From Myxococcota bacterium (GTDB lineage Bacteria > Myxococcota_A > UBA9160 > UBA6930), in the NCBI GenBank assembly GCA_965223415.1, contig OZ245002.1, positions 5,056,001 to 5,120,000 of the forward strand: a stretch of 64,000 nucleotides of DNA, in the 5' to 3' direction. The position numbers and the translations under genes were made by a program. The stretch's first letter is position 1. Each line of letters starts with the position of its first letter. Of this stretch, positions 1 to 9,696 are shown in pieces. The notes under the pieces were generated by a model that was not told the origin of the DNA, did not search any database, and saw nothing but the letters and a program-made list of their open reading frames with translations.

Positions 1-574
1 CCTTCGGAATGCGCCCGCCGAGCCGGGTGAACTTCTTGGGATCGCGCAGGAAGGCGATGATCTCCTCGAGCTCGACCTTCGACTCCTCGACCCCGGCCAC
101 GTCCTCGAAGGTGACCCGCTGCTGGTTCTCCGTGAGCAGGCGCGCCCGGCTCTTGCCGAAGCTCATGGCCTTGCCCCCGCCGGATTGCATCTGGCGGACG
201 AAGAAGACCCAGAGGCCGATCAGGATCAGGAACGGCACCCACCAGATCAGCATCTGCTGCCAGACCGAGGACTCCCGCTTTGGCTGGCTCGTGATCGCCA
301 GCTCCGGGTGCTGGGCGAGCTGGTCGCGCAGGGCGTCGTAGTGGATCTCGTGGACGTAGCTGGCGTAGTCCCCGCCGCCCTGGAGCGTGCCGGTGATGTG
401 GCCCTCTTCGAGGGTCACGCTCTCGATGTCGCCGGCCTCGAGCTTGGCGAGGAACTCGGTGTAGCCGATGTCCTTCGGCGTCTGCTGACCCTGCCGCAAT
501 ACCGTCACGAGCAGGATCATCATCAGCAGCAGGACCACCCAGAGGGCCATGTTCTTGTAGAACTGCTGGTTCAC
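1..574 (-). CDS. ftsH: ATP-dependent zinc metalloprotease FtsH, 5' part (runs off the window)
   Basis: Manual translation from GTG at 574: [17 protein letters not shown]...[21 protein letters not shown]...[38 protein letters not shown]; lies downstream of tilS as is typical. Confidence 0.97.
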   Translation of the reverse strand, partial: MNQQFYKNMALWVVLLLMMILLVTVLRQGQQTPKDIGYTEFLAKLEAGDIESVTLEEGHITGTLQGGGDYASYVHEIHYDALRDQLAQHPELAITSQPKRESSVWQQMLIWWVPFLILIGLWVFFVRQMQSGGGKAMSFGKSRARLLTENQQRVTFEDVAGVEESKVELEEIIAFLRDPKKFTRLGGRIPK

Positions 575-793
575 GTTCGCTCCCGGCGACTCGGATGCCG
601 TTGATTCAGATGCCGTAGGTGGTGCCGTTGGGTCGGACGCGCAAGACCGATCTGAGCTGTGTGGAAGAAGCCCCAAACGCAAGATCGATAGTGGTTCCCG
701 CAGCTTAGCATCCGCCCCCTGCCGTGCCCGATCGCTCCCCACGTCGTTTCGGCAGGAGTCTCGTCCCGCCTGAGGGCGCGCGGCCTCGCTTGG

Positions 794-1843
794 TCACGAA
801 GGGCTAGGACGCTCGTCGGGGTCGCTTCGTTCTGCGGATGTCGCGCAAGCGAGCCGGAAGCCCTGGGCGTCCCGTTGCAGGCGGAGGCCGCCGGGAAGCT
901 CCAGCACCGCACCGGGTGCCGCGGCGACCACGAACTCCAGCGCGCGGTCGAGGTGACGACGGCTCACATCGCGGCCGCCGCCGAGCCCGTGCCACGCACG
1001 GCGCAGCAGACGACGGGCCAGGGCCGGCGGCAGCGTCTCCCAGCCGTCGCCGGCGAGGCGAACGACCTCTTCGTTGCCTCCGAGCCAGCGCGGCGCGGCT
1101 TCGTCGACCAGGGTCTCCATCCAGGCGTTCTCGTCCCGCTGGGCCGCGGCGAGATCCGCCAGGGCCCGCCGCCAGCCCGGGTTGAGGGCGACTGCCAGCT
1201 CCTGGAGCCCCAGGCGCAGGCGCGCCCGGGCGAAGCGCGGCTCGCGGTTCGACGGGTCCTCGCGCCAGCGAAGCCCGCGCTCGGCGGCCCAGGCCTCGAT
1301 CTCGTCGCGTCCCAGGCCGAGCAGCGGCCGCACGACCCGCCCGTCCGGAGACACGGGAGGAATTCCGGCGAGCCCGTCCGGGCCCGTGCCCCGGAACAGC
1401 CGGAGCAGGATCGTCTCCGCCTGGTCATCGCGCTGGTGGGCCGTGGCGAGGTGGGAGGCGCCGAGCTCCGCGGCCATGGCGTGCAGGGCGTCGTAGCGCA
1501 GTCGGCGGGCCGCCTCCTGGAGGCTCGGCCGGGCCCGACTCGGCCCCTCGTCCCGCAGGCGCTCCGGATCCACCTTCGCCAGGCGAAACGGGAGCCCCAG
1601 CCGCGCTGCCGCCCCCTCCACCAGGGCCACGTCCGCGTCGGCGTCAGCGCCGCGCAGGCCGTGATGGACGTGTCCCACCGAGAGCCCCAGCCCGAGCTCC
1701 TCGCGGAGCTCGGCCAGCGCGTGCAGCAAGACGATCGAGTCGACCCCGCCCGAAACGGCGACGAGCAGATGCCGTCCGCCGAGCCCGAGCGCCTGGACCG
1801 CCCGCGCCACCTCCGCGGACGCCTGGGCGAGGGGTCGGCCCAC
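794..1843 (-). CDS. tilS: tRNA(Ile)-lysidine synthetase
   Basis: PP-loop AVSGGVDS, HVHHGLRG, ATAHQRDDQAETILLRLFRG, WREDPSN; tilS-ftsH synteny. Confidence 0.95.
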   Translation of the reverse strand: MGRPLAQASAEVARAVQALGLGGRHLLVAVSGGVDSIVLLHALAELREELGLGLSVGHVHHGLRGADADADVALVEGAAARLGLPFRLAKVDPERLRDEGPSRARPSLQEAARRLRYDALHAMAAELGASHLATAHQRDDQAETILLRLFRGTGPDGLAGIPPVSPDGRVVRPLLGLGRDEIEAWAAERGLRWREDPSNREPRFARARLRLGLQELAVALNPGWRRALADLAAAQRDENAWMETLVDEAAPRWLGGNEEVVRLAGDGWETLPPALARRLLRRAWHGLGGGRDVSRRHLDRALEFVVAAAPGAVLELPGGLRLQRDAQGFRLACATSAERSDPDERPSPS

Positions 1844-1847
1844 GGGT

Positions 1848-2708
1848 CTAGCGGAGCGCGCTGGCGTCGCCGATCAGGACGCGGGTGCCGTCGTCCTTCT
1901 CGACCCAGACGTCGCATGCGACCCGGGTGCGCGTCCCCTCCGGCCACTCCTCGCGCACCCGGCCGTAGGCGGTGACGCGCTCGTCCACCCACAGCACGTT
2001 GGTGAGCTTCAGCGACATCTTGCCGCCCTGCAGGAAGCCCATGCCGAAGTGGTCGAGCATCACCTGAGCCGCGAAGCAGGTGGTCATCATCCCCTGCACC
2101 ACGATGTTCGGAAAGCCGATCTTCTGGGCCTCTGCCGCATCGGTGTGGTAGTTGCGTCCGGGACCGCTGAACATCCAGCAACGCCGGGCATCGATCCGCT
2201 TGCTCGTCGGCGCGAGATCTTCGCCCGTGGCCGTGGGAAACGGCGGACGCGGCGTCTTCTTCTTCGCCGTCGACTCGTCCACGACGTAGCCTTCGTCGCC
2301 CTCCCGCTCCTTCGGCGGAAGGAAGGACTGGTGCGTGCGTCCGCGCACGAGCAGCTGGCCGCTCTCGGCGTCCACCACGTCGGTCTCGTTCACGACGTAG
2401 TCGCGCCCGCGCTTGGCGTAGCGGCCGACGATCGTCGAGCGGGTGCGCACCCGGCTTCCGACGCGGATCGGTGCGAACAGCTCCCAGTCCTGCTGGCCGT
2501 GGAGGTTCCCGAACAAGTTCTTCAGGTACCACTCGCCGACGAACTGGTAGCACTCGGAGTGAAAGAGCAGCGGCGGTGCCACCTCTTCGTAGAGCGGATT
2601 GGGATCGTCCAGGGCGTCGGCGTAGAACGTGACCACCTCCGGAGTGACGTCGTAGGTATGGCTTCCGCAGTGACGGCCGACGAAGGCCGGCTGACCGAGC
2701 AGGTTCAC
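1848..2708 (-). CDS. MaoC-like double hot-dog dehydratase
   Basis: YADALDDPNPLY...APP...LHGQQDWE in the N-half and NYHTDAAEAQKIGFPNIVVQG in the C-half. Confidence 0.8.
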   Translation of the reverse strand: MNLLGQPAFVGRHCGSHTYDVTPEVVTFYADALDDPNPLYEEVAPPLLFHSECYQFVGEWYLKNLFGNLHGQQDWELFAPIRVGSRVRTRSTIVGRYAKRGRDYVVNETDVVDAESGQLLVRGRTHQSFLPPKEREGDEGYVVDESTAKKKTPRPPFPTATGEDLAPTSKRIDARRCWMFSGPGRNYHTDAAEAQKIGFPNIVVQGMMTTCFAAQVMLDHFGMGFLQGGKMSLKLTNVLWVDERVTAYGRVREEWPEGTRTRVACDVWVEKDDGTRVLIGDASALR

Positions 2709-2779
2709 GGGGCTCCTCCCGGGAGCCGTGGCGGCTCCCTCCGCGGCAATGATCGCATACTTCCGGTATCACACCCGCC

Positions 2780-4312
2780 GTGCCGAGCCCGCTCGACAAC
2801 GTGAGCCTCTGGATCCGCGAGCGCGCGCGCCTCGCACCGGAGCGCACGGCGGTCATCGACGCGGAGCGCAGCCTCGACTTCGCTGCCCTCGAGGAGCGGG
2901 TGGCCCGCGCCGCCGGTCTCCTGGCGGGGCATGGGATCGGGCACGGCGATCGGGTGGGCCTGCTGCTCGGCAACCGCAGCGCCTACCTGGAGCTGGTGTT
3001 CGCGGCCGCGCGCCTCGGCGCCATCGCCATGCCGATCAACACCCGCCTCGCCCCACCGGAGGTAGCGGAGCTGCTCGACGACGCGCGGCCCGGCCTGCTC
3101 TTCCACGAAGCGGCGCTCGAACCCCTGGCCCGGGCCAGCCTGGAGCGCGCCCGCCTCGCCTCGCCGGCGCCCCGCGCCGTGGGGGGCTCAGCCGATCCCT
3201 ACGAAGCCGCCCTCGCCGCCCAAGCGCCCCACGACACCATCGCCCCGGTCGCACCGGAGGATCCGATGATCCTCATGTACACGTCCGGCACCACCGGCGT
3301 TCCCAAGGGCGCGCTGCTCCCGCACCGCAAGACGCTCTACAACAGCCTCAACGCCCAGCTGTTCTTCGGCTGCACCCAGGACGATCGGGTGCTCGTGGTG
3401 GTGCCGCTCTTCCACTCCTTCGGGCTCAAGATCCTGGCGATCCCGGCCCTCTACTGCGGCGCCACGGTCTTGCTCCAGGACGCTTTCGAGCCCCACGCCC
3501 TGTGGCGCGCGGTGGAGGAGCACCGCATCACCTACTTCGGCGGGGTGCCCACGCTCTTCGGACCGCTTCAGGAGGCCCTCGACACCGATCGCCCCGACCT
3601 GTCCTCCCTCCGCTTCGTGTTCACCGCCGGCTCCGCGATCCCGGTGGAGCGCATCCATGCCTTCGAGGAGCGGGGGCTGCGCCTCAAGCAGGGCTTCGGC
3701 CAGACCGAGACCTCGATCCTCTGCTGCCTCGACGCCGCGGACGCGGTGCGCAAGGCCGGGAGCGTCGGGCGCCCGGTCTTCCACGGGGAGGTGCGTATCG
3801 TCCGCGAGCGCTCGCTCGCGGCGCCTCCCGCCCGGTGGGAGGATTGCGAGGTGGGCGAATCCGGCGAGATCGTCGTGCGCGGCCCCATCACCATGCTGGG
3901 TTACTGGGAGCGCCCGGACGCCAACGCCGAGACCCTGCGCGACGACTGGCTCCGCACCGGCGACCTGGGCGCCTTCGACGCCGAGGGCTTCGTCACCCTG
4001 ACCGGCCGCGCCCGCGACATGTACATCTCCGGCGGCGAGAACGTGTACCCGCGGCAGGTCGAGGCGGTCTACGAGGCCCACCCGGACGTGCACGAGCTCG
4101 CCGTCATCGGCGTGCCGGACGAGCGCTGGGGCGAGACCGGCCACGCCTACGTGGTGCTCGAGCCTGGCGCCCGCCTCGACGCGGAGGCGCTGCGAGCCTG
4201 GGGGCGCGAGCGGCTGGCCACCTTCAAGGTGCCGACGACTTTCGAAGCGGTGGGCGCGCTGCCGAAGACCGTTACCGGGAAGGTGCAGAGGTTCCGGCTG
4301 GCCGGACGCTAG
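2780..4312 (+). CDS. Acyl-CoA synthetase (AMP-binding, FadD/MenE-like)
   Basis: YTSGTTGVPKG, GFGQTE, WLRTGDLG, ISGGENVYP, LPKTVTGKV. Confidence 0.9.
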   Translation: MPSPLDNVSLWIRERARLAPERTAVIDAERSLDFAALEERVARAAGLLAGHGIGHGDRVGLLLGNRSAYLELVFAAARLGAIAMPINTRLAPPEVAELLDDARPGLLFHEAALEPLARASLERARLASPAPRAVGGSADPYEAALAAQAPHDTIAPVAPEDPMILMYTSGTTGVPKGALLPHRKTLYNSLNAQLFFGCTQDDRVLVVVPLFHSFGLKILAIPALYCGATVLLQDAFEPHALWRAVEEHRITYFGGVPTLFGPLQEALDTDRPDLSSLRFVFTAGSAIPVERIHAFEERGLRLKQGFGQTETSILCCLDAADAVRKAGSVGRPVFHGEVRIVRERSLAAPPARWEDCEVGESGEIVVRGPITMLGYWERPDANAETLRDDWLRTGDLGAFDAEGFVTLTGRARDMYISGGENVYPRQVEAVYEAHPDVHELAVIGVPDERWGETGHAYVVLEPGARLDAEALRAWGRERLATFKVPTTFEAVGALPKTVTGKVQRFRLAGR

Positions 4313-4331
4313 CCCGAGAGGGGAGCCGCGT

Positions 4332-4408
4332 TGGTGGCGATGGCTGGACTCGAACCAGCGACCCCCGGCTTATGAAACCAGTGCTCTAACCGACTGAGCT
4401 ACATCGCC
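4332..4408 (-). tRNA. tRNA-Met (CAT), probably elongator
   Basis: GGCGATGTAGCTCAGTCGGTTAGAGCACTGGTTTCATAAGCCGGGGGTCGCTGGTTCGAGTCCAGCCATCGCCACCA folds as a cloverleaf with CAT anticodon, GTTCGA T-loop and encoded CCA; -10-like TAGCTT upstream (4421-4426). Confidence 0.95.
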
Positions 4409-4470
4409 ACGCGACGGGGCAAGCTAGCGAATCCGGCCCCTTCTGCTCTCTGCGGCCGGCGGGAGCGCTC

Positions 4471-5085
4471 TCAGCGGCCGCCCGCGCGGGCGGCCTGATC
4501 TCCGGCTGCGCTCCCGCTCGAGAAGACCTGCTTCTCGAGCGCTTCGACCCGGCTGCGCAGCGCTTCGAGCTCGCCGCGGGCTGCCGCCGGGTCGCTGGCG
4601 GACACCTTGGGGAGCCTGCCGAGCCCACCGGTGACGTGGTGGGCCACGCGCTTCACCAGGTTGTCGAGGCGAGGGATGATCTCGCCCAGGGTTCCCGATT
4701 GCACGAACACCGAGCGGGGGTCGCCGGCGTCCTCGCCCTGGACCTGCACGCAGCGGACGTCCAGGCTGGCGCCCTCTCCGAAGCGGGTGAAGGAACCGTA
4801 GAGCACCCAGCGGGCGCCGGCGGCGCGGCCGGCGCCCTGGGCGGCCTCGAGGTCGGTCGTGGCCTGCTCCGGATCGTCGACCTTGATGACCGCGACGCCC
4901 TTCTCCTGGCCCAGCCGGGAGGCGAGCATCTCCGCGAGGCCGGATCGCAGGTAGTCCCGATCCTCCGTGGCATGCACGACGATCGGGAGGATCGCCACGC
5001 GGGCGCGCGAATCGGCGGCGGCAGCGGTGCCCGCCAGCACGAGGAGCAGGACGGCCGCGGCAGCGATGGCGGACTCTCGTTTCAC
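4471..5085 (-). CDS. Exported protein with TolB-N/CsgG-like alpha/beta domain and C-terminal coiled coil
   Basis: GTG start after GGGGAG; signal peptide; VAILPIVVH...GLAEMLASRL...WVLYGSFTRFGEGASLD pattern. Confidence 0.65.
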   Translation of the reverse strand: MKRESAIAAAAVLLLVLAGTAAAADSRARVAILPIVVHATEDRDYLRSGLAEMLASRLGQEKGVAVIKVDDPEQATTDLEAAQGAGRAAGARWVLYGSFTRFGEGASLDVRCVQVQGEDAGDPRSVFVQSGTLGEIIPRLDNLVKRVAHHVTGGLGRLPKVSASDPAAARGELEALRSRVEALEKQVFSSGSAAGDQAARAGGR

Positions 5086-5192
5086 GTCGGGCACTCCCCT
5101 GGGCAACGGCCCCTGCGTCGATCCGCACCGACGCGGGGTTCCCCCCGCGGAGACGGAGACGCGAGTCGTTCTATCAGGTGGGGAGGGGAGGG

Positions 5193-6851
5193 TCAACCAG
5201 ACGCGCCGAGAGGCAGCCGGACGCGGAAGCAGGCGCCCTCGCCGGGCCGGCTGGTGACCTCGATCAGACCGTCGTGCTCGGTCACGATCCGGTGGCAGAT
5301 CATCAGCCCGAGGCCCGTGCCGTGGTCCGGCCCCTTGGTGGTGAAGAAGGGATCGAAGATGCGCTCGAGGTCGTCCTCGCCGATGCCCTCTCCCGCATCG
5401 ACCACCTCGATGGTCGCGCCGTCCCCCAGAGCCGGCCCACCGGGCTCGATGCGGATGCGAACGGCCTCGCCCTCGGGGCTGGCGTGGATCGCGTTGAGGG
5501 TGAGGTTGAGGAGCAGCTGGTGGATCTGTTCGCGGGAGGCCATGAGCTTCGGCGAGGCGGGATCCGCGGTGATCTCGAGGCCCACCCGACTGCGCTCGGC
5601 CTCGGGAGCGACCAGCGTCACGACCTCGCTGGCAATGGCCCCGAGATCGCACGCCGAGCGCTTCGCCGCGCCGCTGTCCTCCCGGCCCAGACGGCTCATC
5701 GTCGCCACCAGCCCGCGAATGCGCTCCACCTCCGAGCAGGCGAGGCGGTGGTAGCTGCCCCAGAACTCCTCGTCGGCCTCGGTGCGTTTCGCCGGCGCGA
5801 GGCTCAAGAAGGTGTGGATCGAAGTGAGCGGGTTGTTGATCTCGTGGGCCAGCCCGGCCGCCAGCGTGCCCAGGGTGCCGAGGCGGTCAGCGCGCAGCAC
5901 CTGCTGCCGGCTCGACCGCAGGTCCTCCACCAGGCGGGCGTTCTGCAGCGCGATCGCCGCCTGGTGCGCCACCGCGGCGAGCAGCGTGCAATCGCGCGGC
6001 TCGAAGGGCGCCCCACCGCTGCGGTTGTCGACGGCCAGCGCCCCGAGCAGGCCGGCCTTGCCGACGAGTGGAACCACCAGCACGTCGCCCGCGATCTCAG
6101 TGAGCCAATCGCGCATGGGCGCCGGGTAGTCGAGGCAGTGATCGAGGGTGAGCAGGCGCGGCTCGCCGCGGGCCAGCGCATCCAGCAGCTCCGCCGCGTG
6201 CTCGCGGGTGAGCTGATGGCTCTCGAGGAAGGCCGCGGTGGGCACGTCGCTCGGAACGCGCCGATCGAAGACCAGACTCTCGCGGGTGGGGTCGTAGAGC
6301 AGCAGCGCCGCCCCGTCGTAGTGGAGCGTATCGGTCAGGGACGCCACCAGGAGCTCGGTGAGCTTATCGACCGCAAGCTCGCGCGTGATCGTCGCCGCGA
6401 GCTCTCCCACGGTTCGCAGCTCCCGCACCAGCGCCTCGCGCTCGCGGTCCAGCGCGTAGTGCTCGATCGCCCGCTTCAGGGCAACACGCATGTCCTCTGG
6501 CTGCCACGGCTTGGCGATATAGCGGTAGACGGAGCCGTCGTTGATCGCGTGGCTCAGAGTATCCACCGAGCCGTAGGCGGTGACCAGCATGCGCATGGTC
6601 TCCGGCGCCATCTCGCGCACCCGCGAGAGGAACTCGACGCCGGTCATGCCCGGCATCTTCTGATCCGAGAGCACGACGGCGAAGCGCTCGTTCATCAGCC
6701 GCTCGAGCCCCTCCTCGCCGGACGCCGCCGTCACGATGCGGAACTCGCGGCGGAAGGTCAGCTCGAAGACCCGGAGGTTCTCCGACTCGTCGTCCACGTA
6801 GAGGAGCGGGAAGGCACGTAGATCGACCGGGTGCGGTTGGCTATCCGGCAT
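5193..6851 (-). CDS. Hybrid histidine kinase (REC-GAF-HisKA-HATPase)
   Basis: LYVDDE...SDQKMPG...KPW receiver; GAF; AHEINNPL; FDPFFTTK...GTGLGL. Confidence 0.92.
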   Translation of the reverse strand: MPDSQPHPVDLRAFPLLYVDDESENLRVFELTFRREFRIVTAASGEEGLERLMNERFAVVLSDQKMPGMTGVEFLSRVREMAPETMRMLVTAYGSVDTLSHAINDGSVYRYIAKPWQPEDMRVALKRAIEHYALDREREALVRELRTVGELAATITRELAVDKLTELLVASLTDTLHYDGAALLLYDPTRESLVFDRRVPSDVPTAAFLESHQLTREHAAELLDALARGEPRLLTLDHCLDYPAPMRDWLTEIAGDVLVVPLVGKAGLLGALAVDNRSGGAPFEPRDCTLLAAVAHQAAIALQNARLVEDLRSSRQQVLRADRLGTLGTLAAGLAHEINNPLTSIHTFLSLAPAKRTEADEEFWGSYHRLACSEVERIRGLVATMSRLGREDSGAAKRSACDLGAIASEVVTLVAPEAERSRVGLEITADPASPKLMASREQIHQLLLNLTLNAIHASPEGEAVRIRIEPGGPALGDGATIEVVDAGEGIGEDDLERIFDPFFTTKGPDHGTGLGLMICHRIVTEHDGLIEVTSRPGEGACFRVRLPLGASG

Positions 6852-9657
6852 CCGCGCCCTCGGCGTCGACCGGGAGCACCACGGTCACGCGGGTGCCCTC
6901 TCCCGGCGTCGAAGCGAGCTCGATCCGGCCACCGTGCTCGCGCACGATGCGATCGGACATGGCCAGGCCGAGCCCGGTGCCCTGCCCCGCCTGCTTCGTG
7001 GTGAAGAACGGCTCGAACAGGCGGGACTGAACGTCCGCTTCGATGCCCGAACCGGTATCCGCCACCCGCACCTCCAGCTCCCCGTCGACGCGCTTTGCCT
7101 GGACGGAGATGGTCCCTTCTTCTCCTTCGAACGCCTCGATGGCGTTCTTGAGCAGGTTGAGGAACACCTGGTTCAGGCCGCCTGGGTCGCCGAAAACCGC
7201 CGGGAGATCCGCCGCGATCTCCACCTCCGTGGCGATGCCCGCCTCGCGCAGCTGATGCCCAAGGAGCTGCAGGGTCGAGCGCAGGCCGGCGCCCACGTCC
7301 ACGATGGCGTGGCCGCTTCGCCCCGGAGCTGCGAAGTCCCGCAGGTCCGCCACGAGCCGCGCCGTCCGGTCGAGGCCTTCGGTGACGATGCCCACCAGCT
7401 CGGCCAGCTCCGAGGCCATGTCCTCGAAGCCCATCTCCCGCTTCTTCCGCTCCAGCTGCAGCAGCTGCACCCGGAGCGTCTGGGGATCGTCCGCATCGAG
7501 CTCGCCGACCCAGGAGACCAGGCCCTGGATATCGTCCGCGTAGGCCCGGAGCGCCGCCAGGGAGTTGCGCGCGAAGTTGAGCGGGTTGTTCACCTCGTGG
7601 GCCACGCCCGCCGAGAGCTCGCCGACGGCCGCCAACCGCTCCGCCTGGACGAGCTGGACCTCCGCCTCCTTCAGCTCCTCGAGGGCCTGGGCGAGCTCCG
7701 CGTTCGACGATTCGAGCGCCGCGTTCTGCTCGCGGAGCTCGAGCTGGAGGGAGCGGATCCGCACCAGCGAGCGCGCCCGGGCCAGGAGCTCGCGGGGGTG
7801 GAAGGGCTTCGTCACGTAGTCGTCCGCTCCGAGCTCCAGCCCCTCGATCTTCATCTCGCGCTCGGCCTTGGAGGTCACCAGCATCACCGGCACCCCGCGC
7901 AGCGCCCCGTCCTGCTTGATCGCGCGACACAGCTCGGTGCCCGACATCTCGGGCATCATTACATCGGTCACGACCAGCTCGGGGGCCTGCTCGCGGACCG
8001 CCTCGAGAGCCTCCAGGCCGTTGCGCGTCGGCCGCACCCGGAACTCGCGACCGAGCAGGAAAGCCAGCAGCCGGCGCATCTCGGCATTGTCCTCGGCGAT
8101 CACGATCTCCGGCGTACCCTCGGCATGCTCCGGAAGCTCGAACACCCACTCGTCGCCGTGCCGGGTCGCCTCCCAGCGGCTCACCGTGTGCTCCACCGCC
8201 GCGAAGCGCCCCTCTCCGGCGTGCTCGAGGTCCATCGAGGTCTCGCTGGCCAGCGCCTCAAAGGACTTGGCTGCGGAGAGAGCGCGATTTCCCCCGGCCT
8301 CGAGCAGTACCTCCTCCTCGGGATCGTCGTCCGCCTCTCCGAGAGGCAGCAGCACGTGCATCTGCGACCCGTGCCCATCGCCCTCGCTCGTCGCCCAGAC
8401 CCGCCCGCCATGCAGCGCGACCAGCTCCTGCACGAGACTGAGCCCGATCCCCGTCCCCTCGTGCTTTCGGGTCGCCGACCCGTCCACCTGGGCAAAGCGA
8501 TCGAACACCCGCGCGAGCTGATGCTCCGGAATGCCGACGCCCGTGTCCTCGACCACGATGTGGACCCCCTCCGCATCGAGGCCCCGCCCGTCGCCGGCGG
8601 CAGCCGGCGCTCCGCGCACCGTGATCCCCCCGGAATCCGTGAACTTGAGCGCGTTCCCGATCAGGTTCACCAGCACCTTCTCGAGCGCATCCGGGTCGAC
8701 ATTCGCCGTGGGCAAGCCGTCGAATCCCTCGGCCCGCAGGTGAAGCCCCTTCCGCTCCGCCATCGGCAAGGCGCCGTCCACGATATCTGCGACCAGCCGC
8801 CTGAGCTCGATTGGCACCCGCCGCACCGACAGCTGCTCACTCTCGATCTTCGCAAGATCCAGCAGGCCATTGATGAGCTTCAGGAGGCGCAGCCCGTTGG
8901 ACTGCATCGTCCGCAACGTCCGGTCGAGCCCGCTGGGAATGTCGCCCATGTCCCCGGATCGCATGGCTTCGATGGGGGCGAGCATGAGGGTGAGCGGCGT
9001 GCGGAGCTCGTGGTGGATGTTGGCGGTGAAGCGGGACTTTGCGCGATCCAGGTCTTCGAGTCGGTCGCGCGCGCATTCGAGTTCGCGCCGCTTCGAGAAG
9101 TCCGAGTAGCGGATCTTCTCAAGGTTCACCGAACTCGCGACAGCGAGTATGAACGCCGAGGACAGAACCAAGCCGTGGAAGACCACCGTCGTGGATCCGG
9201 TCCCGTCGGAGCCCACCGCGACCATCAGGAAGAAGCACAGGCTTGTCGCGCCGCAGACGAGGACGGTCTGCCGGATTGTAACCGGGATGATCACCGGGAA
9301 GGCGCCGAAGAGCAGGACGAGTCCAGAGTAGTAGGGACTTGTGCCCGCGCCCGTGAAGGCGGAGATCGCCACGAGCATCATGCCGATGGATAGCCCCATT
9401 CCGATGCTGGCCACCTCAGGGGCCCTGGATCGGAACGCCCAGTAGAGGCCACCCATCACACCGGCTGTCGCAACACGGATTGGGGCGAAGACGCGCCACA
9501 TCTGGGGCTCGGCGATGGCGTCCAGCGGTATGAACCCCAGCACGATCGCGAGGCCGCAGGGGACGGCGATTCGAAGCGCGGGGGGCATTAACTCCCGGCG
9601 CACGAACTCCCGGTAGTCCGCGAAAGACTCGGCGGTCCTGGGCGGCACGGTCTCCAC
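6841..9657 (-). CDS. Membrane hybrid sensor kinase (multi-TM sensor, HisKA-HATPase, REC, second HisKA-HATPase)
   Basis: About 5-6 hydrophobic helices; HHELRTPL; NLIGNALKFT; VVTDVMMP; AHEVNNPL; two GTG(I/L)GL boxes. Confidence 0.92.
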   Translation of the reverse strand: METVPPRTAESFADYREFVRRELMPPALRIAVPCGLAIVLGFIPLDAIAEPQMWRVFAPIRVATAGVMGGLYWAFRSRAPEVASIGMGLSIGMMLVAISAFTGAGTSPYYSGLVLLFGAFPVIIPVTIRQTVLVCGATSLCFFLMVAVGSDGTGSTTVVFHGLVLSSAFILAVASSVNLEKIRYSDFSKRRELECARDRLEDLDRAKSRFTANIHHELRTPLTLMLAPIEAMRSGDMGDIPSGLDRTLRTMQSNGLRLLKLINGLLDLAKIESEQLSVRRVPIELRRLVADIVDGALPMAERKGLHLRAEGFDGLPTANVDPDALEKVLVNLIGNALKFTDSGGITVRGAPAAAGDGRGLDAEGVHIVVEDTGVGIPEHQLARVFDRFAQVDGSATRKHEGTGIGLSLVQELVALHGGRVWATSEGDGHGSQMHVLLPLGEADDDPEEEVLLEAGGNRALSAAKSFEALASETSMDLEHAGEGRFAAVEHTVSRWEATRHGDEWVFELPEHAEGTPEIVIAEDNAEMRRLLAFLLGREFRVRPTRNGLEALEAVREQAPELVVTDVMMPEMSGTELCRAIKQDGALRGVPVMLVTSKAEREMKIEGLELGADDYVTKPFHPRELLARARSLVRIRSLQLELREQNAALESSNAELAQALEELKEAEVQLVQAERLAAVGELSAGVAHEVNNPLNFARNSLAALRAYADDIQGLVSWVGELDADDPQTLRVQLLQLERKKREMGFEDMASELAELVGIVTEGLDRTARLVADLRDFAAPGRSGHAIVDVGAGLRSTLQLLGHQLREAGIATEVEIAADLPAVFGDPGGLNQVFLNLLKNAIEAFEGEEGTISVQAKRVDGELEVRVADTGSGIEADVQSRLFEPFFTTKQAGQGTGLGLAMSDRIVREHGGRIELASTPGEGTRVTVVLPVDAEGADAG

Positions 9658-9664
9658 GGAAGCT

Positions 9665-9692
9665 GTATCGGCCCCCGTGGGGGGCTCCTTGA
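9665..9692 (-). promoter_or_regulatory. Candidate sigma28 (FliA-type) promoter
   Basis: TCAA-N16-GCCGATAC ending 7 nt before the GTG of the sensor kinase. Confidence 0.5.
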
Positions 9693-9696
9693 TGCG

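Noticed and set aside
4332..4408. tRNA-Ile2 (TilS substrate), suggested by the nearby tilS
   Set aside because: The GGCGATG acceptor stem with a paired first base looks more like elongator tRNA-Met than Ile2 or fMet. Not certain without an isotype-specific model.
4312..4470. tRNA as integration site for the low-GC block
   Set aside because: The block lies on the tRNA's 5' side several kb away; I saw no duplicated 3' end and no integrase.
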